From the NCBI GenBank assembly GCA_964016885.1, contig OZ024740.1, forward strand, positions 89,280,001 to 89,344,000: a DNA stretch of 64,000 nucleotides, read 5' to 3'. A program made the position numbers and the translations under genes. Shown here in pieces: positions 13,087 to 26,070 of this stretch (positions are counted from its first letter, which is position 1; each line of letters starts with the position of its first letter). The notes below the pieces were generated by a model. It did no database searches. It had not been told where the DNA came from and worked only from the letters and a program-made list of their open reading frames with translations. This DNA comes from Eledone cirrhosa (Eukaryota).

Positions 13087-15399
13087 ATAATCCTACCGTA
13101 TAGGCCTTGATATACGCCTCTCTGGATTGTGAACGAGTTGTCTAACTTTATAGTAAATAACCAACGGTCGATGGTCAGTTTTCTAATGATAATTTTATTG
13201 ATGTTTGCACGTTTATGTTTCTCATTCAAAACAGATTAATTCACTTTTTTCATATTTACATTCATCTCAACTGTGTAATATGTGAAATTACTATATGAGT
13301 AACTAGCTTAAAGTTATGAAATATGAATTGATTTATAATAAGATCATGTCACGTTTCAGTAGTTTATGCTTTGGCTACTCCCGAGACAGGAGACTGAAAC
13401 ATAATTTTCTCTATTTTCCTGCTTTATGTATAGGCAGAAACCAATCAAAATAAATTTATTTGTAATATCTAAGCGTCTTATTCTAAACTGTAAAAGTCAA
13501 AGACGTATTCGAGTGTACATAAATAAGGAATGAATAATTAACCTCATAAAATATATCAACCGTGAAAGGAATACATTTTCAATGAATTGAAAGAGTTAAC
13601 TACTGTTAAATGCAAGATAAATCTATATAATTGTATGTCACATTTGAGTTCTTTCATAAATTATTCATTATATTATTTTCTTTCTTTTAAGTGTCTTTTT
13701 CTAAGACATCTAAATCCAATATAAATATTTTGTTCATTGAACAGGTAATGCTGAAGAAGAAGCACATAGAATAATATTTCTAATCGTCTATGTGAAACAA
13801 ACATATCATTAGTTAGTAACATAATTGTAACAACATATATTCAATTCTAAATATTCTAAATATTACATTAGGAGATAATTTGAAGTTTTAAAATATAAAG
13901 GGGAATTATACGCCGTATGCAATAATAGCTGTAAAGATATATCTCTAACACTTTTGTAAAAATCTATTGTTGCTACTATGTTAAAGAGCTACTATTTCCT
14001 TGATGCCAGAGTTGACTTGAAGATGTAAACTGGAAGATTAAATAACCATGTTATGTTATCAGACATTAAATGGCGATTAAGCTTCATAAAATGGAGAATT
14101 TTCTTACAGTATTTCTACTAGTATCTTCGTTCGTTTTTATGCAATATATTCCAAACCAATTGGCGAAGAACTTTATTTGCTGTCTTTAACAGCGTAGATA
14201 ATATTCAGCCACTAAGAGCTTCCGAAAAATTTATAGCTAGGTAAAAATGCTCAATTGATTTCTTTTATTACAAATACTACGCACTTCGATTTCTTACGAG
14301 GAATTAAGTGTTATTTTTATGTAGTATTTCATTTGATTTTGTTTCTACTGTTCTATTAACTCTTTTAAAACATATTTCCTGCTTTGAAATCATTCTAGTC
14401 ATACACAATAGAAATGCATTAATTTGAACCGATTAATTCAATCGCAGAGATACTCCTAGATAATAAGTTTTCGGAATTGTGTAGTAAATATATTTCTTTT
14501 GTATTTTATTCGAGTAGACAATAAATTCATTTAAAACAAAAACAACAACAAATTCCTAAATAAATTGATTGCAACTGAAATAAAGTATAAACAGCAACAT
14601 TATTTGACAATAGAAACAAAATATTATAACCACGATAATGCAATTTCTACATATATGCAACAATATAATGTATTCTATCGTAGACATAAAGTCAGTAATT
14701 TGGAGTAAAGGCAAATTTGGTTAACTTGATACAGTAATGGAGTGGCACACACATTTATCGACGTCGAAATGATGAAATACGAATTTGTCCTCGGCGTCAT
14801 TTGAACACAAAATCGTTAAGAGATTGAAATATAGAGAATACATATTAAAAATAATTTCAACATCTTTTCTTCTTATCTAGACAAAAAATAATAATAATAC
14901 TCATGTCAAAAGTAAAGCATGCTGAAGTTCATATAAAAGGAAATTGTATTGGCACATACGTTTTACTTCCTCTTAATTTTATGAACTATTGCATAATTAT
15001 TGAAAAGCCTTTTCCGAATAAAAAATAATTATAAACTTCAATATATAAGTAAAACGTGGATCAGAATTCCTGATGTATTTGCTTGAATACATCTCCTATA
15101 TTAATATCGTCATAAGGTAGTCGATTGTCTACTCCATATTAAATTGACGTTTGCCAAATTAAGAAGACGAACCGGAAGCTGTGCACTTAATCTTATCTCG
15201 TGAAAGTTTCACAGGATGTGAAAGAGAATACAGACCATTATATCACCGGAAATTGAAAGCATTTTCTTTCTACATTGCTCTGACGGTGATAGAGATGTTT
15301 GAAACTGAGGCCACTCAGCAGTCTATAATGGCTAGTTATATCTGATTAGTTGGCTGTGAAACTATAACGACTATCCATCAAGATATGTTTACAATATTT

Positions 15400-16150
15400 A
15401 AAACATTCAATAAATTATGTATAATAAGCTATACCGTGTCTAGCAGAAAATATAGATATTATTTCTGATTCTTTTGAATGGCGAGATACATCTTGTAACA
15501 CTGCGGTTTTATGACTCTAAACTTATTCAGAATTAATGTAATCTAATCTATTAAGATGGAGTCGATATTCATGTTTAGAGGATGCGCCACTTATCGTCTT
15601 ACCTATGCCACCGCCACTCACACCATAACAATCGCCGCTGCTAATATAGACGAATCTACATAGCCGTTCCCGGAAACATAATCCAGCTGCAAGATCAGCA
15701 TCAGTTGAGTTAGATATTTTCATGATCTACAAGAATCTGACAACCTAATCCTACCTTTTCTGCATATTTCACCTATTTCAGTTCTTCTTTAGCAACAAAG
15801 ACTGTATTGATGTCCAAGTAAGTACGTATTTCAATTGTAATTAATCAGCCACCTTAGACAATTTCATTAGAGGAGTCTTTATCTGGATTCAATCATATTA
15901 CAAGACCAATGGCTATATTTCTTGTTAGCTAATAATATGCAACCACACCATGAACACCTATTTCTGATGATTTCTTCCTGGAACTGCCGTGTAACAAACT
16001 CTCGTCAGCTAAACACATTTTCGAACTAGCTATCATCGAATTACCCCAAACCCATCCAAAACGAGTAATCTTCTAGAAATACAGTAAACATCAGACCCTA
16101 CCTCAACTATTGATTAGTTAATTTGTAGATGACACAAGTAAGTAGTCTGA
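15400..16150 (+). mobile_element. Very decayed RTE-like LINE remnant; boundaries approximate
   Basis: Faint resemblance to the RT-end FxYLGS...KD and C-terminal P.T..D.L..DT motifs. Confidence 0.3.
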
Positions 16151-16398
16151 ATAATAATGACTATGTGTTCCATTGTGTAGATATAAGTATACCTGTTTGT
16201 ACGCGTCTGCGGAGGAGTACATGAGCGTTTTTCCGAGTATCTAGCTATATATGCCTATTAATAAATGATTAAGTATATACATGCATACATACTGACATAC
16301 ATGCTCACACACATACACACAAACACACACTCACACATACACCACACATACACCACACACACACATGTATATAAATAAATAAATAAATAAATATATCT

Positions 16399-16582
16399 TT
16401 GTTTCTACTTTTGGCACAAGGCCAGCTATTATCCTAGTGCATTACTGATCCTTTATTTTCTCGACCCTGTAAGGATGAAAGGCAAAGGTAACATCGGTGG
16501 GATTTGAACTTAGACAGTAAAGGGGCGTATCTCTAGGCTACAAAGCATGACGTTCGACCCTCTATCGATACTGCCAATCCAC
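16399..16582 (-). mobile_element. tRNA-derived SINE
   Basis: Matches the SINE consensus. Confidence 0.88.
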
Positions 16583-17624
16583 ATATTGACACTAGGTCAA
16601 TGACAATATTTGCTACACGAGTATATGTTGCGCAACTCCATGATTTTAAAGTAAATTGTATATTCAATATTCAATATTAAAAGTGCCGCTTGACTGAGGC
16701 ATCATTTTCTCATTGAAATACCCTGAGTGATTATATTAAGAATGGAAGCCGAAAGTATCTGCACAACATATTTTATTTCTGATCACGCGTAACGCGTGTT
16801 TCACAAGTGACCACCTCGCAGTTTAATCAGTTACAATCAGTTCGATAATTTAATCGACTTAATAATGAGACACATTTGAGATTAGAAAAGAAATGTGTCC
16901 ATTTATTCGTGTAAGACATGATAAATAACTTTTAACATAATATCAACTACGCTTAAATGCTATGTTAAACAGTGGCGTTTTAGGTTATACTAAGAAGAGA
17001 CTTACTATATAGAAAGTTATACAATAAGAATTTTAAAAAATAATAATGACAGGAATGGGTTTAGTGAGACACAGGGCGGGAAGGATATTTAACCAAATGT
17101 AAAAATGGCTATAATAGAAAACATGTATAACAAAAATATAATTGCCTAAAATTAGAAATATATACACGAAATAATAAAATAGATGAATACGTTTGTACAA
17201 GGTCTTTGTCGATTTACACTACCTTGTCACCTGAGGAATGTTCACACATACATTAATACTTTAATGACTACAAGGAAAAAATAGTTTTTCGTGAACATGT
17301 TTCATTAAATTTAAGCTTTGATTTACTACGAATGCATAGTGGGGTTGTGTACAGTGAACCTCACATAAAGTTATCAGTCGACACATACATGAATAGGCAG
17401 TGGCGGACGGGGTCTAAAAAATTGGTCGCCAGATGACGGAGGCCTACCTACATATAGAATGCTATCATTTATTTTTCTATAAGGAATGAATAAAGTTTTC
17501 GAAAAATATATAAGTGGAAACAAAACAGTGCAATCAAATTTTGGCGGATAAATATCTTACCTTCTCCAATAATAGAATGTTTTGCATTTTGCGAAATCTA
17601 GAGACTTTCAATAATGAGCAGAAG

Positions 17625-18290
17625 CCTACCCTATATATTACTAATAGCTCTAGGAAAGCCATGAATTACATCACATTTTTTAACATTGATTTTGAAAGAA
17701 GGTTTATAATTATCAATTTTAATTATACATTTGTAGCTGTCTCGGTGGCTCAGTTGGAGCAATCATAGACGGTGGTGATCCTGGTCTGAAGTTCGATCCT
17801 TGTCGGGAGTAGGGTTTCTAGTAAACCTTTTCAGTCTTTTTCTATGGGATGTAAATAAAAGCAGAAACAGTGTACATGTACGTCTTGACCAGGATTTAAT
17901 CCAAAGCCAGGATCTCCACCATCTCTAGTACCTACCGCTAGGCCACAGATACAACTTCGAAAATCTTTTGAAAATTCATACATATAAACAAAGTGTTGTG
18001 GTGTCGTTAATATCTTTCTTAATGTTATTGCCCCTACTTAAGGTCGATTTCTAAATCATTTGGGCGTTCAATGAACTACATTCTCATTTTGTTTCTCATC
18101 TAGCTAGACTATATTTAAACCTGTAATCCATGTTTCATTTCTTTGGCTCCTCATTTCTCCCCCTTCTTTCTTTCTCTTTCTCTCTGACATATTTGAATCT
18201 ACTATGATTTGGGGTTTCTTTATTCATACATACATTGTAAGTTTGAATCTGATTTTGCATATCAGATTCAAACTTACAATGATTGGCATA
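17625..18290 (+). mobile_element. Dispersed repeat with two convergent tRNA-like Pol III units, copy 1 (diverged)
   Basis: TGGCTCAGTTGG / GTTCGATCC on +, TGGCCTAGCGG / GGATTAAATCC on -. Homologous to 18420-19190 and 24415-25208. Confidence 0.75.
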
Positions 18291-18293
18291 TAT

Positions 18294-18402
<109 letters not shown>

Positions 18403-18419
18403 GATAATAAGGGTTAACG

Positions 18420-19190
18420 ATTATTATGATTTCAATGTAAGGTATATATATATAATGTCAATCATTGTAAGTTTGAATCTAACTGACATGCAAAAACATA
18501 TATAGGAATAAGGTAAGCCCAAATAATAGTAGATACAAATATCACAGCGACAAAGAACGAGAGAGAGAGAGAAAGAGGGGCAGAGAGAGAGGAGGAGGAG
18601 AAATGAGGTGGAACAGTTATGAAACGTGGATTACAGGTTAAAATATAGTTTAGATAGATGAGAAACAAAACGAGAATGTAGTTTTTGAACACCCAAATGG
18701 TTTAGATGTCGACCTTAATTAGGAGCAATAACATTAAGAAAGACATGAACGTCACCATAACATTTTGTTTTGAAAATGTTGAAAGTAGGTTTATAAGTAT
18801 GAACTTTCATAGGATTTCGTAGTTATTTCTGTGGCCTATCGGTAGGGACGGTCGAGGTACATGTAACCTGTTTCAGTTTTTATTTTACAACCCATAGAAA
18901 AAGAAAATGAAAAGGTTTACCGGGAACCCTACTCCCGACCAGAATCGAACTTCAGACCAAGATCACCACCGTCTATGTTTCCTCCAAGTAGGCCACTGAG
19001 ACAGCTACAAAAGTATAATGACAATTGATCTTTATAAACCTACTTTCAAAGTCAAAGTTAAAAAGATGTGGTGGCGTTTATGGCTTTCCTAGAGCTATTA
19101 GTAATATTTAGGGTCGACATCTCAATCTTCTGGCCCTTTGGTAACAAGCTATTGTTCCTATGGGTTTTTAACTGTTGAATTAATTTAATG
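18420..19190 (-). mobile_element. Same repeat, copy 2 (inverted, internal deletion in one unit)
   Basis: Close reverse complement of 24415-25208. Confidence 0.8.
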
Positions 19191-19799
19191 AATATATGAT
19201 AGGGAAGAACACTGATACAAGTATACATATGTTCGTATTGCAAATGAACAAGTTTGCTAGATAGAAAAATACTAATTTTGCCAAACCTATACTGGCAATT
19301 GCCGTGATACCCGGACAAATTCTAAATTTATTTCGCAACAATTAAGTCAAAGTTACTATTCCTGTGCTCTTCTGCGGGTATCCAGAAATTGGTAGTGTTC
19401 ACTTCAAAATACTTAAGTAGACTGAGAGAATGTGTTCTTGAACGCACATGTGTCACAACGCCTAACTCGTCCCATACCCGTTCAACAATACATTCTCTCA
19501 GTCTTCTTAAGTATTTTGAAAATTGTTGCGAAACAAATTTAGAATTTGTCCGGGTATCACGGCCATTGCCAATATAGGTTAGTTTTTATTGATTTATTAT
19601 TTTAAATCGAGATAGGCAAACCGTATTATTTTAAATTAGTATTTTTCAACCTAGCTAACTTGTTCATTTGCAATACGAACACACATGTATACTTTATCAG
19701 GGTTCATCCATATCATATATTCATTTGTATTACACGGCTCGGAAATATTCCCTTATTTGAGCTATTTAATTGTAAAAGACTATTTTGAGTTTATAATTC

Positions 19800-19800
<1 letters not shown>
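19189..19800 (+). mobile_element. pLTR-like fragment with a fold-back inversion centred on hammerhead domain II
   Basis: Arms 19189-19343 and 19521-19723. GAAA-CAAATT TAG AATTTG-TC-CGGGTA at 19530-19556. Downstream sequence is homologous to 54031-54195. Confidence 0.7.
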
Positions 19801-19874
<74 letters not shown>

Positions 19875-19932
19875 GGTGTGTGTGTGGGTGTGCGTGTGGG
19901 TGTGTGTGTGTGTGCGTGTGTGTGTGTGTGTG

Positions 19933-19995
<63 letters not shown>

Positions 19996-20030
19996 TGTAC
20001 CGAATGTGTTGTTATTTCTGTTTACCTTTT

Positions 20031-20070
<40 letters not shown>

Positions 20071-20139
20071 TTATTAAAATAACAGATTAAAGTTTAAGCA
20101 AAGAAACGCTGCTTTCATCCTTAACAGGATCTTCTGAAA

Positions 20140-20201
<62 letters not shown>

Positions 20202-20204
<3 letters not shown>

Positions 20205-20394
20205 CGAAGGAGGTGTGATAAGGAACCAGATGGACCCTAACGCACCAGAGTACTGAATACTTAGGGTAGTAGATCGTGTAGTAGGAAAATGTATGACCCG
20301 ACGGCAGAAGTCAAGCCGTTTCGTCGGCTATTTCAGTCCAGAAATAGCCGTCGAAACGGCTTGAGCTCTGCCGTCAGTCTCATACATTTTCCTA
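20202..20394 (-). mobile_element. Short (TA)n-flanked element with a 113-bp palindrome
   Basis: Palindrome at 20282-20394; second copy at 49388-49574. Confidence 0.85.
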
Positions 20395-20420
20395 TATATA
20401 TATATATACGCACACACACA

Positions 20421-20452
<32 letters not shown>

Positions 20453-20602
20453 CAGTATTTTCCGTTGTGTTGTAATATAAATATTACACACAGTAGATTA
20501 TCAGCTCACGTAGAGTTTGCTCGACGGTTCCAGTTGTAGTTCCAAAAGTAATCCGGAGAAAAATAGACAGATTTGAATGGATACAGTTTAGTTGAAAGGA
20601 AT

Positions 20603-20722
20603 TTATTGACACGTGTTTCTATAACAGTTACATAACCTAAAACAGCTGCTATCTACAAACTTTTAGTTATGCAGACATTCAATATTTCAATGTTATTATT
20701 TACTGTCATTTCATCAGAATAA
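20603..20722 (-). ncRNA. Type I hammerhead with 91-nt domain II
   Basis: TTATT-CTGATGA-A ATGACAGT...ACTGTTAT A-GAAA-CACGTG-TC-AATAA. GUC cleavage triplet. Confidence 0.82.
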
Positions 20723-21314
20723 TATTACTGAGGACCTATTTAGTTTTTATAGAGAATATTAGGAGGGAGGGGTGAAGTTGTTAGAAGAATAGTTGAAGGA
20801 GTGGTTTTTCGATAGCAGTGAGAATTCTTGGTGGCAGTGAGTAATTAGATTCCCATCTGTTGTTTTGACATTTTTTATAGAATATATTATTGGTTATTTT
20901 TCTAAATCTATAGAAGGATTAGAGATAGTAAAGATATGCGTGGTTGGTTTTGTGTTTGCACTTAATTAACATTCAGACTTAAATTTTTCTTTCAAGTGTA
21001 CGTATCCTTTCACCCACGCATTCACACACAAATACATTTGCACACCTCTACAAAATACATATACTCACAATTCACATATTCATACTTACATATATATACA
21101 CATGCATACACATATATATACACACATGTATTCATGTACATACATACGCGCTCATGTGTATACATTTTCATACTCAACTTATCTTTATATACACACGTAT
21201 AGACACACACATATATACATACTTACTCTAGTCCATGTGTACACACATACACATACATACACATCTATATACACATATATACATACATATACATATACAT
21301 ATATATACATATAC

Positions 21315-21396
<82 letters not shown>

Positions 21397-21399
21397 GTA

Positions 21400-21466
<67 letters not shown>

Positions 21467-21772
21467 ACACATATATATACACATACATATACATATATAT
21501 ATAAGCACTTTAATACATGAATACACTTACATCTAACTATACACATCAAACATATATATATATTTACTTATTTATATACATTTTCACATATATATACATA
21601 CTTATGGACGTTTTTAGACACATTCATTATCGCATATTTGCACCTATTCTCATCAGCATATCTTTCCATTATGAGTGTGGTAATTTAAGGTTATTAATAT
21701 ATGTTGAGAAGAGATTGTTTTTATATTTTTCTAGCTAGATTAATGTTTATATAGTTGGGGGATGTCCCTCTT

Positions 21773-23900
21773 TTATGTAATATTCGGCTTGTAGTGGGAA
21801 AAAAGGGTTTTAGTTCTGTGACGGCAGATTAATGTTCGTTCAATTCTGTTATTCAGCAGTTTCTTCTTGTGTGTGATTATGTAATAAATCTCAAGATTAC
21901 ACAATTTGCAGAAATTTTGGCTCCTGGAAAAGCTTTGGGTTTTAGCTAATTTGTCCCATTTTAGGGTAAACTTTTGATCGCTATCCCTGAGCGTCCAAGC
22001 TTTTTCTGCTAAAGTTGTTACATTTCTTTGGCTCTGGTGTTTTATTGAGTAAGAATGCCTATACAATCGAGATTTAAACGATGTAGCCGTTGATCCCACG
22101 TAATACCACTCGTTGCCTCCGGATTTAATGGTACACTTATAAATAATATTTTTTTCCAGGCAGTTATTGCCGAGGGGGCAGTTGTCAGGATAGGTGCAGT
22201 TACAGTTGTGTACGTTGGGTTTTCTCTGGAGTAGTATTGCGGACGAACTTAGGTGCGGTTTATTTATGTTCTGTAGTGTATTGTCTACTGTTTTTTTGTG
22301 TTCTTTGTACTTAAGTTCTTAGTGTTTTCGTTTAACCTTCTAGTATTGATCTTTTTTATGTGTTGTTCAATGTTTAACGCTGTAGAGTATGACAGTCTTA
22401 TAGTGGTAGGGTTTAGGATTTTGTGGTATTTGTGTGATGTGGGAAAATGTCTTTTAATTATTTTAAAGAAGAGTACTGGTAAGTTTGTACTAATGGAACT
22501 ATTGTATTGGGGGTTATACCATAAGTACTCTTTGCATCGCTTTCTATTAGTTTTGTTTGTTGGTTTACTGGTGTGCATACTATGGTAGTAAGTGTGGTTT
22601 GGTGTTGTGTTATTATATCTACCTATGTGGGATTTATTTTGGGTGTTTTGATTGTTCCCATCTATGTACTCTATTTTGTTGAGGTAGCCTGCTTTACTAA
22701 GGGCGTTATCGTAGTACTCGGCGTGTTCCTTAAATACTTGTATGTTAGAAGATAGACCCGAGATTCTAAGGGAAATATTTCTAGGGATAGATTTAATTAT
22801 AGAGATGGGGTGGTTAGACCCAACATTTACGTATTTGAGATTTTCATTCAATTTATGAAACGGTTTAATCAAACCAGAGTTTAAATTGAGTGTGACATCC
22901 AGGAAGTTAACTACTTTAAGGTTGTATTCATATGTTATAGTTAGTCCTATTTCGAGTAGTAGTTTTCTTATATCTTTGCGTAGTTTTTCTAGTTTTTGGT
23001 TATTAAGGTTTTTAGCTAGGAGGAGAACATCGTCGCGGTATATGCCGCCGTGGAGATTGCTGAATTTTTCCTGGAGTCTAAAGGCGATAAATAACCCCAC
23101 AATATCAGTTATTTCCGCCGAATCGTTAGAGCCCATTGTTATGTCAAAGTTAGAGGGTCTATCTTTACGTACCCAATAACTGTTCTCAAATTTGACTATA
23201 GTTTTCCTAGCTTCTAATATAATCTTAATTTCATCGTTTGTAAGGTCAGAGTTATCCTTAGCAAACTTAATGGCTCTATTCAAAGTTTCAGGTGATATCG
23301 ATGAGTAATATTCATCGATATCAAACTGGATAAACTTAGATTTATTCTTATTGCTAATGCTATTAAACCATCTTATTGCTTCTTGGGTCTTCCCCCAGAG
23401 TTTAATGTTAACCTTAGCCTTAATTTGGGGGATGATTCTATCTAAGATATATTTGCTTATTTTACCTATATCTGATTTAGAGGGGCAGATTAATCTAATT
23501 TTAGGGTCATTATCAAAGTTTACCTTGTGGTCCTTAAGATTGAAGGTGGGTACCGCCGGTAAGAGTGGTCCTGTCCTATCTTCGATTCCGAGATTTTTCA
23601 CTAGTTCACATGCCTCATCATTGATGTGCTTAAGGGTTACTTCACTCGTTTTTCTATATTTTTTATGTAATTCTTTTCGAATGAAGTTGTTGTATGTAGT
23701 GCAATCCATAGTGTACAGGTTTGATGTTTTGTCCGCTTTTACTACAATTCCTTTGGTGTTTTTAAGGTCGTCCAGTAGTTTTTTTTTATATCTTTCTGTA
23801 ATTTGCTGTTGGTGTTGCGTCCTTTGAATTTAATTTTAAGGATTAAGTTCATAAGGTCCTGCTCAAATGCATCTAATAGTGGGTTGGTGGGTGGGTTTTC
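21773..23900 (-). CDS. PLE reverse transcriptase and GIY-YIG endonuclease, frameshifted at A-runs near 22291 and 23780
   Basis: ADKTSNLY, QFDIDEYY, DITMGSNDSAE, GGIYRDD. After the shift: CNCTYPDNCPLGNNCLEKNIIYKC..YYVGST..FKSR..CKLCNLE..LLN..CRH. Confidence 0.9.
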
Positions 23901-24164
23901 GGACTTGCAAACCTGCCAAAACCACTTCTAAAAAAATTTTTTTTGGGGGTGTTAGTAGACATCATTCTTCTTACCATCCCATTCCTTCTAACTAGCCTCT
24001 GTGTCACGTGATTGATTCTTTAGAATCGGCCATTTGACTAGAAGCAGTGAGAATTTCAGTACATGGAATCCAGTCCTCGCCAGCTGTTCTATCTACCGAA
24101 TTATTATTATTTTTATATGAGCCGCCAGTGTCCGCGCATTGCCTGGAGACTTAGCTGAGAATAG

Positions 24165-24246
24165 ACTCCCTGATGACGCAATGAATTCTCGACAGTTGGA
24201 TTACGTAACTGTCTTTATCCCATTGCAGAAACTAATTAGTTGGAGT
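24165..24246 (+). ncRNA. Type I hammerhead, antisense to the neighbouring PLE ORF
   Basis: ACTCC-CTGATGA-C GCAATG..GACAGTT..AACTGTC..CATTGC A-GAAA-CTAATTAG-TT-GGAGT. Confidence 0.85.
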
Positions 24247-24321
24247 GAAAATTTAAGTAAGTAAGTAAAAAAAAAATTTAAAACAATTTTTTTTTTTTTT
24301 TAAATATTTTCTTATCTTACG

Positions 24322-24389
<68 letters not shown>

Positions 24390-24414
24390 TATTTGTTTGA
24401 GAAAATAATAAAAT

Positions 24415-25208
24415 TAAATTAATTCAACAGTTAAACACACATAGGAACAATGGCTTGTTACCAAGGGGCCAGAAGATTGAGATGTCGACCCTAAATATTA
24501 CTAATAGCTCTAGGAAAGCCATAAACGCCACCACATCTTTTTAACTTTGACTTTGAAAGTAGGTTTATAAAGATCAATTGTCATTATACTTTTGTAGCTG
24601 TCTCAGTGGCCTACTTGGAGGAAACATAGACGGTGGTGATCCCGGTCTGAAGTTCGATCCTGGTCGGGAGTAGGGTTCCCGGTAAACCTTTTCATTTTTT
24701 TTCTATGGGTTGTAAAATAAAAACTGAAACAGGTTACATGTATCTCTTGACCAGGATTGAACCCAAAACTAGTACCTCGACCGTCCCTACCGATAGGCCA
24801 CAGAAATAACTAAAAAAATCCTATGAAAGTTCATACTTATAAACCTACTTTCAACATTTTCAAAACAAAGTGTTATGGTAACGTTCATGTCTTTCTTAAT
24901 GTTATTGCTCCTAATTAAGGTCGACATCTAAACCATTTGGGTGATCAAAAAACTACATCCTCGTTTTGTTTCTCATCTATCTAAACTATATTTTAACCTG
25001 TAATCCACGTTTCATATCTGTTCCACTTCATTTGTCCCCCTCCTCTCTCTCAGCCCCTCTTTCTCTCTTTCTCGTTCTTTGTCTCTGTGATATTTGTATC
25101 TACTATTATTTGGGCTTACCTTATTCCTATATATGTTTTTGCATGTCAGTTAGATTCAAACTTACAATGATTGACATTATATATATATCTAACATTGAAA
25201 TCATAACA
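24415..25208 (+). mobile_element. Repeat with two convergent tRNA-like Pol III units, copy 3
   Basis: TTGAAAGTAGGTTTATAA at 24553-24570 and inverted at 24837-24854. A/B boxes on both strands with central T tracts. Confidence 0.8.
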
Positions 25209-25452
25209 TTAAGTTCATATGTTGATATGTCATTATCTTTAAACCAAATATTATATTTTATCCGACGAAAATTTTAGCGTACCAAAATACTGGAATCATT
25301 GAAATATGTATAATAAAATAAATATGATTTTATAAAGATATTTTCTGTTTATTAATATTATTGTTATTAAACTCCGGAAGAAAAACTGGTGAGTGCTTCT
25401 AATCTGTTATAAATTAACTTTGCTGAATTATCAACAAATTTAATATCTCATT

Positions 25453-25512
<60 letters not shown>

Positions 25513-25545
25513 TACACAATAATCAAAGCTAGGTTGAAATCATTT

Positions 25546-25598
25546 TATTGCTGACAATCGTTTCTTCCAAACTATCGTTTGGTTTCATTGGAGCAGTA
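25546..25598 (-). ncRNA. Decayed or variant hammerhead (CCAAUGA core)
   Basis: TGCT-CCAATGA-AA CCAAAC GATA GTTTGG AA-GAAA-CGATTG-TC-AGCA. Confidence 0.55.
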
Positions 25599-25719
25599 GC
25601 AATATTTGTACATATAATTAACATACTATTCAACTGAACAATTATATAGATACATGGATATTGATGTTGTCCACAGTTTCGTATTTAGAAGGTGAAATTG
25701 ATGCGACATAGATTACAAT

Positions 25720-25896
25720 AATTAAAATTACAAATTACAAATTAAAAATTAAAAATTAAAAATTAAAAATTAAAAATTAAAAATTAAAAATTAAAAATTA
25801 AAAATTAAAAATTAAAAATTAAAAATTATCAATTAAAAATAAAAAATAAAAAATAAAAAATAAAAAATAAAAAATAAAAAATAAAAAATAAAAAAT

Positions 25897-25933
<37 letters not shown>

Positions 25934-26070
25934 AAATAAAAAATAAAAAATAAAAAATAAAAAATAAAAAATAAAAAATAAAAAATAAAAAATAAAAAAT
26001 AAAAAATAAAAAATAAAAAATAAAAAATAAAAAATAAAAAATAAAAAATAAAAAATAAAAAATAAAAAAT
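25720..26070. repeat. Heptamer arrays, (AAAAATT)n then (AAAAAAT)n
   Basis: Read directly from the sequence. Confidence 0.95.

Larger units (their letters stand above)
20460..24020 (-). mobile_element. Naiad-type Penelope-like element, 5'-truncated, with long 3' UTR/pLTR; boundaries approximate
   Basis: RT and GIY-YIG ORF with a sense-strand hammerhead downstream. Confidence 0.85.

Noticed and set aside
17228-17305. CTGAGGA followed by an ATGTTCAC/GTGAACAT stem
   Set aside because: No GAAA or stem III; at best a deleted hammerhead.
17398-17415. CAGTGGCGGAC hAT-like terminus pairing with GTCCGCCACTG at about 49887-49897
   Set aside because: Only an 11-bp match 32 kb apart with no TSD; probably ends of separate MITE remnants.
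17733-17810. Functional tRNA gene
   Set aside because: A and B boxes and a D arm are present, but the anticodon and T stems do not fold; it is tRNA-derived only.
21773-23709. Selenocysteine recoding as reported for some Naiads
   Set aside because: Zinc-finger cysteines are TGT/TGC, the break at 22285 is a frameshift leading to TAG, and I recognised no SECIS.
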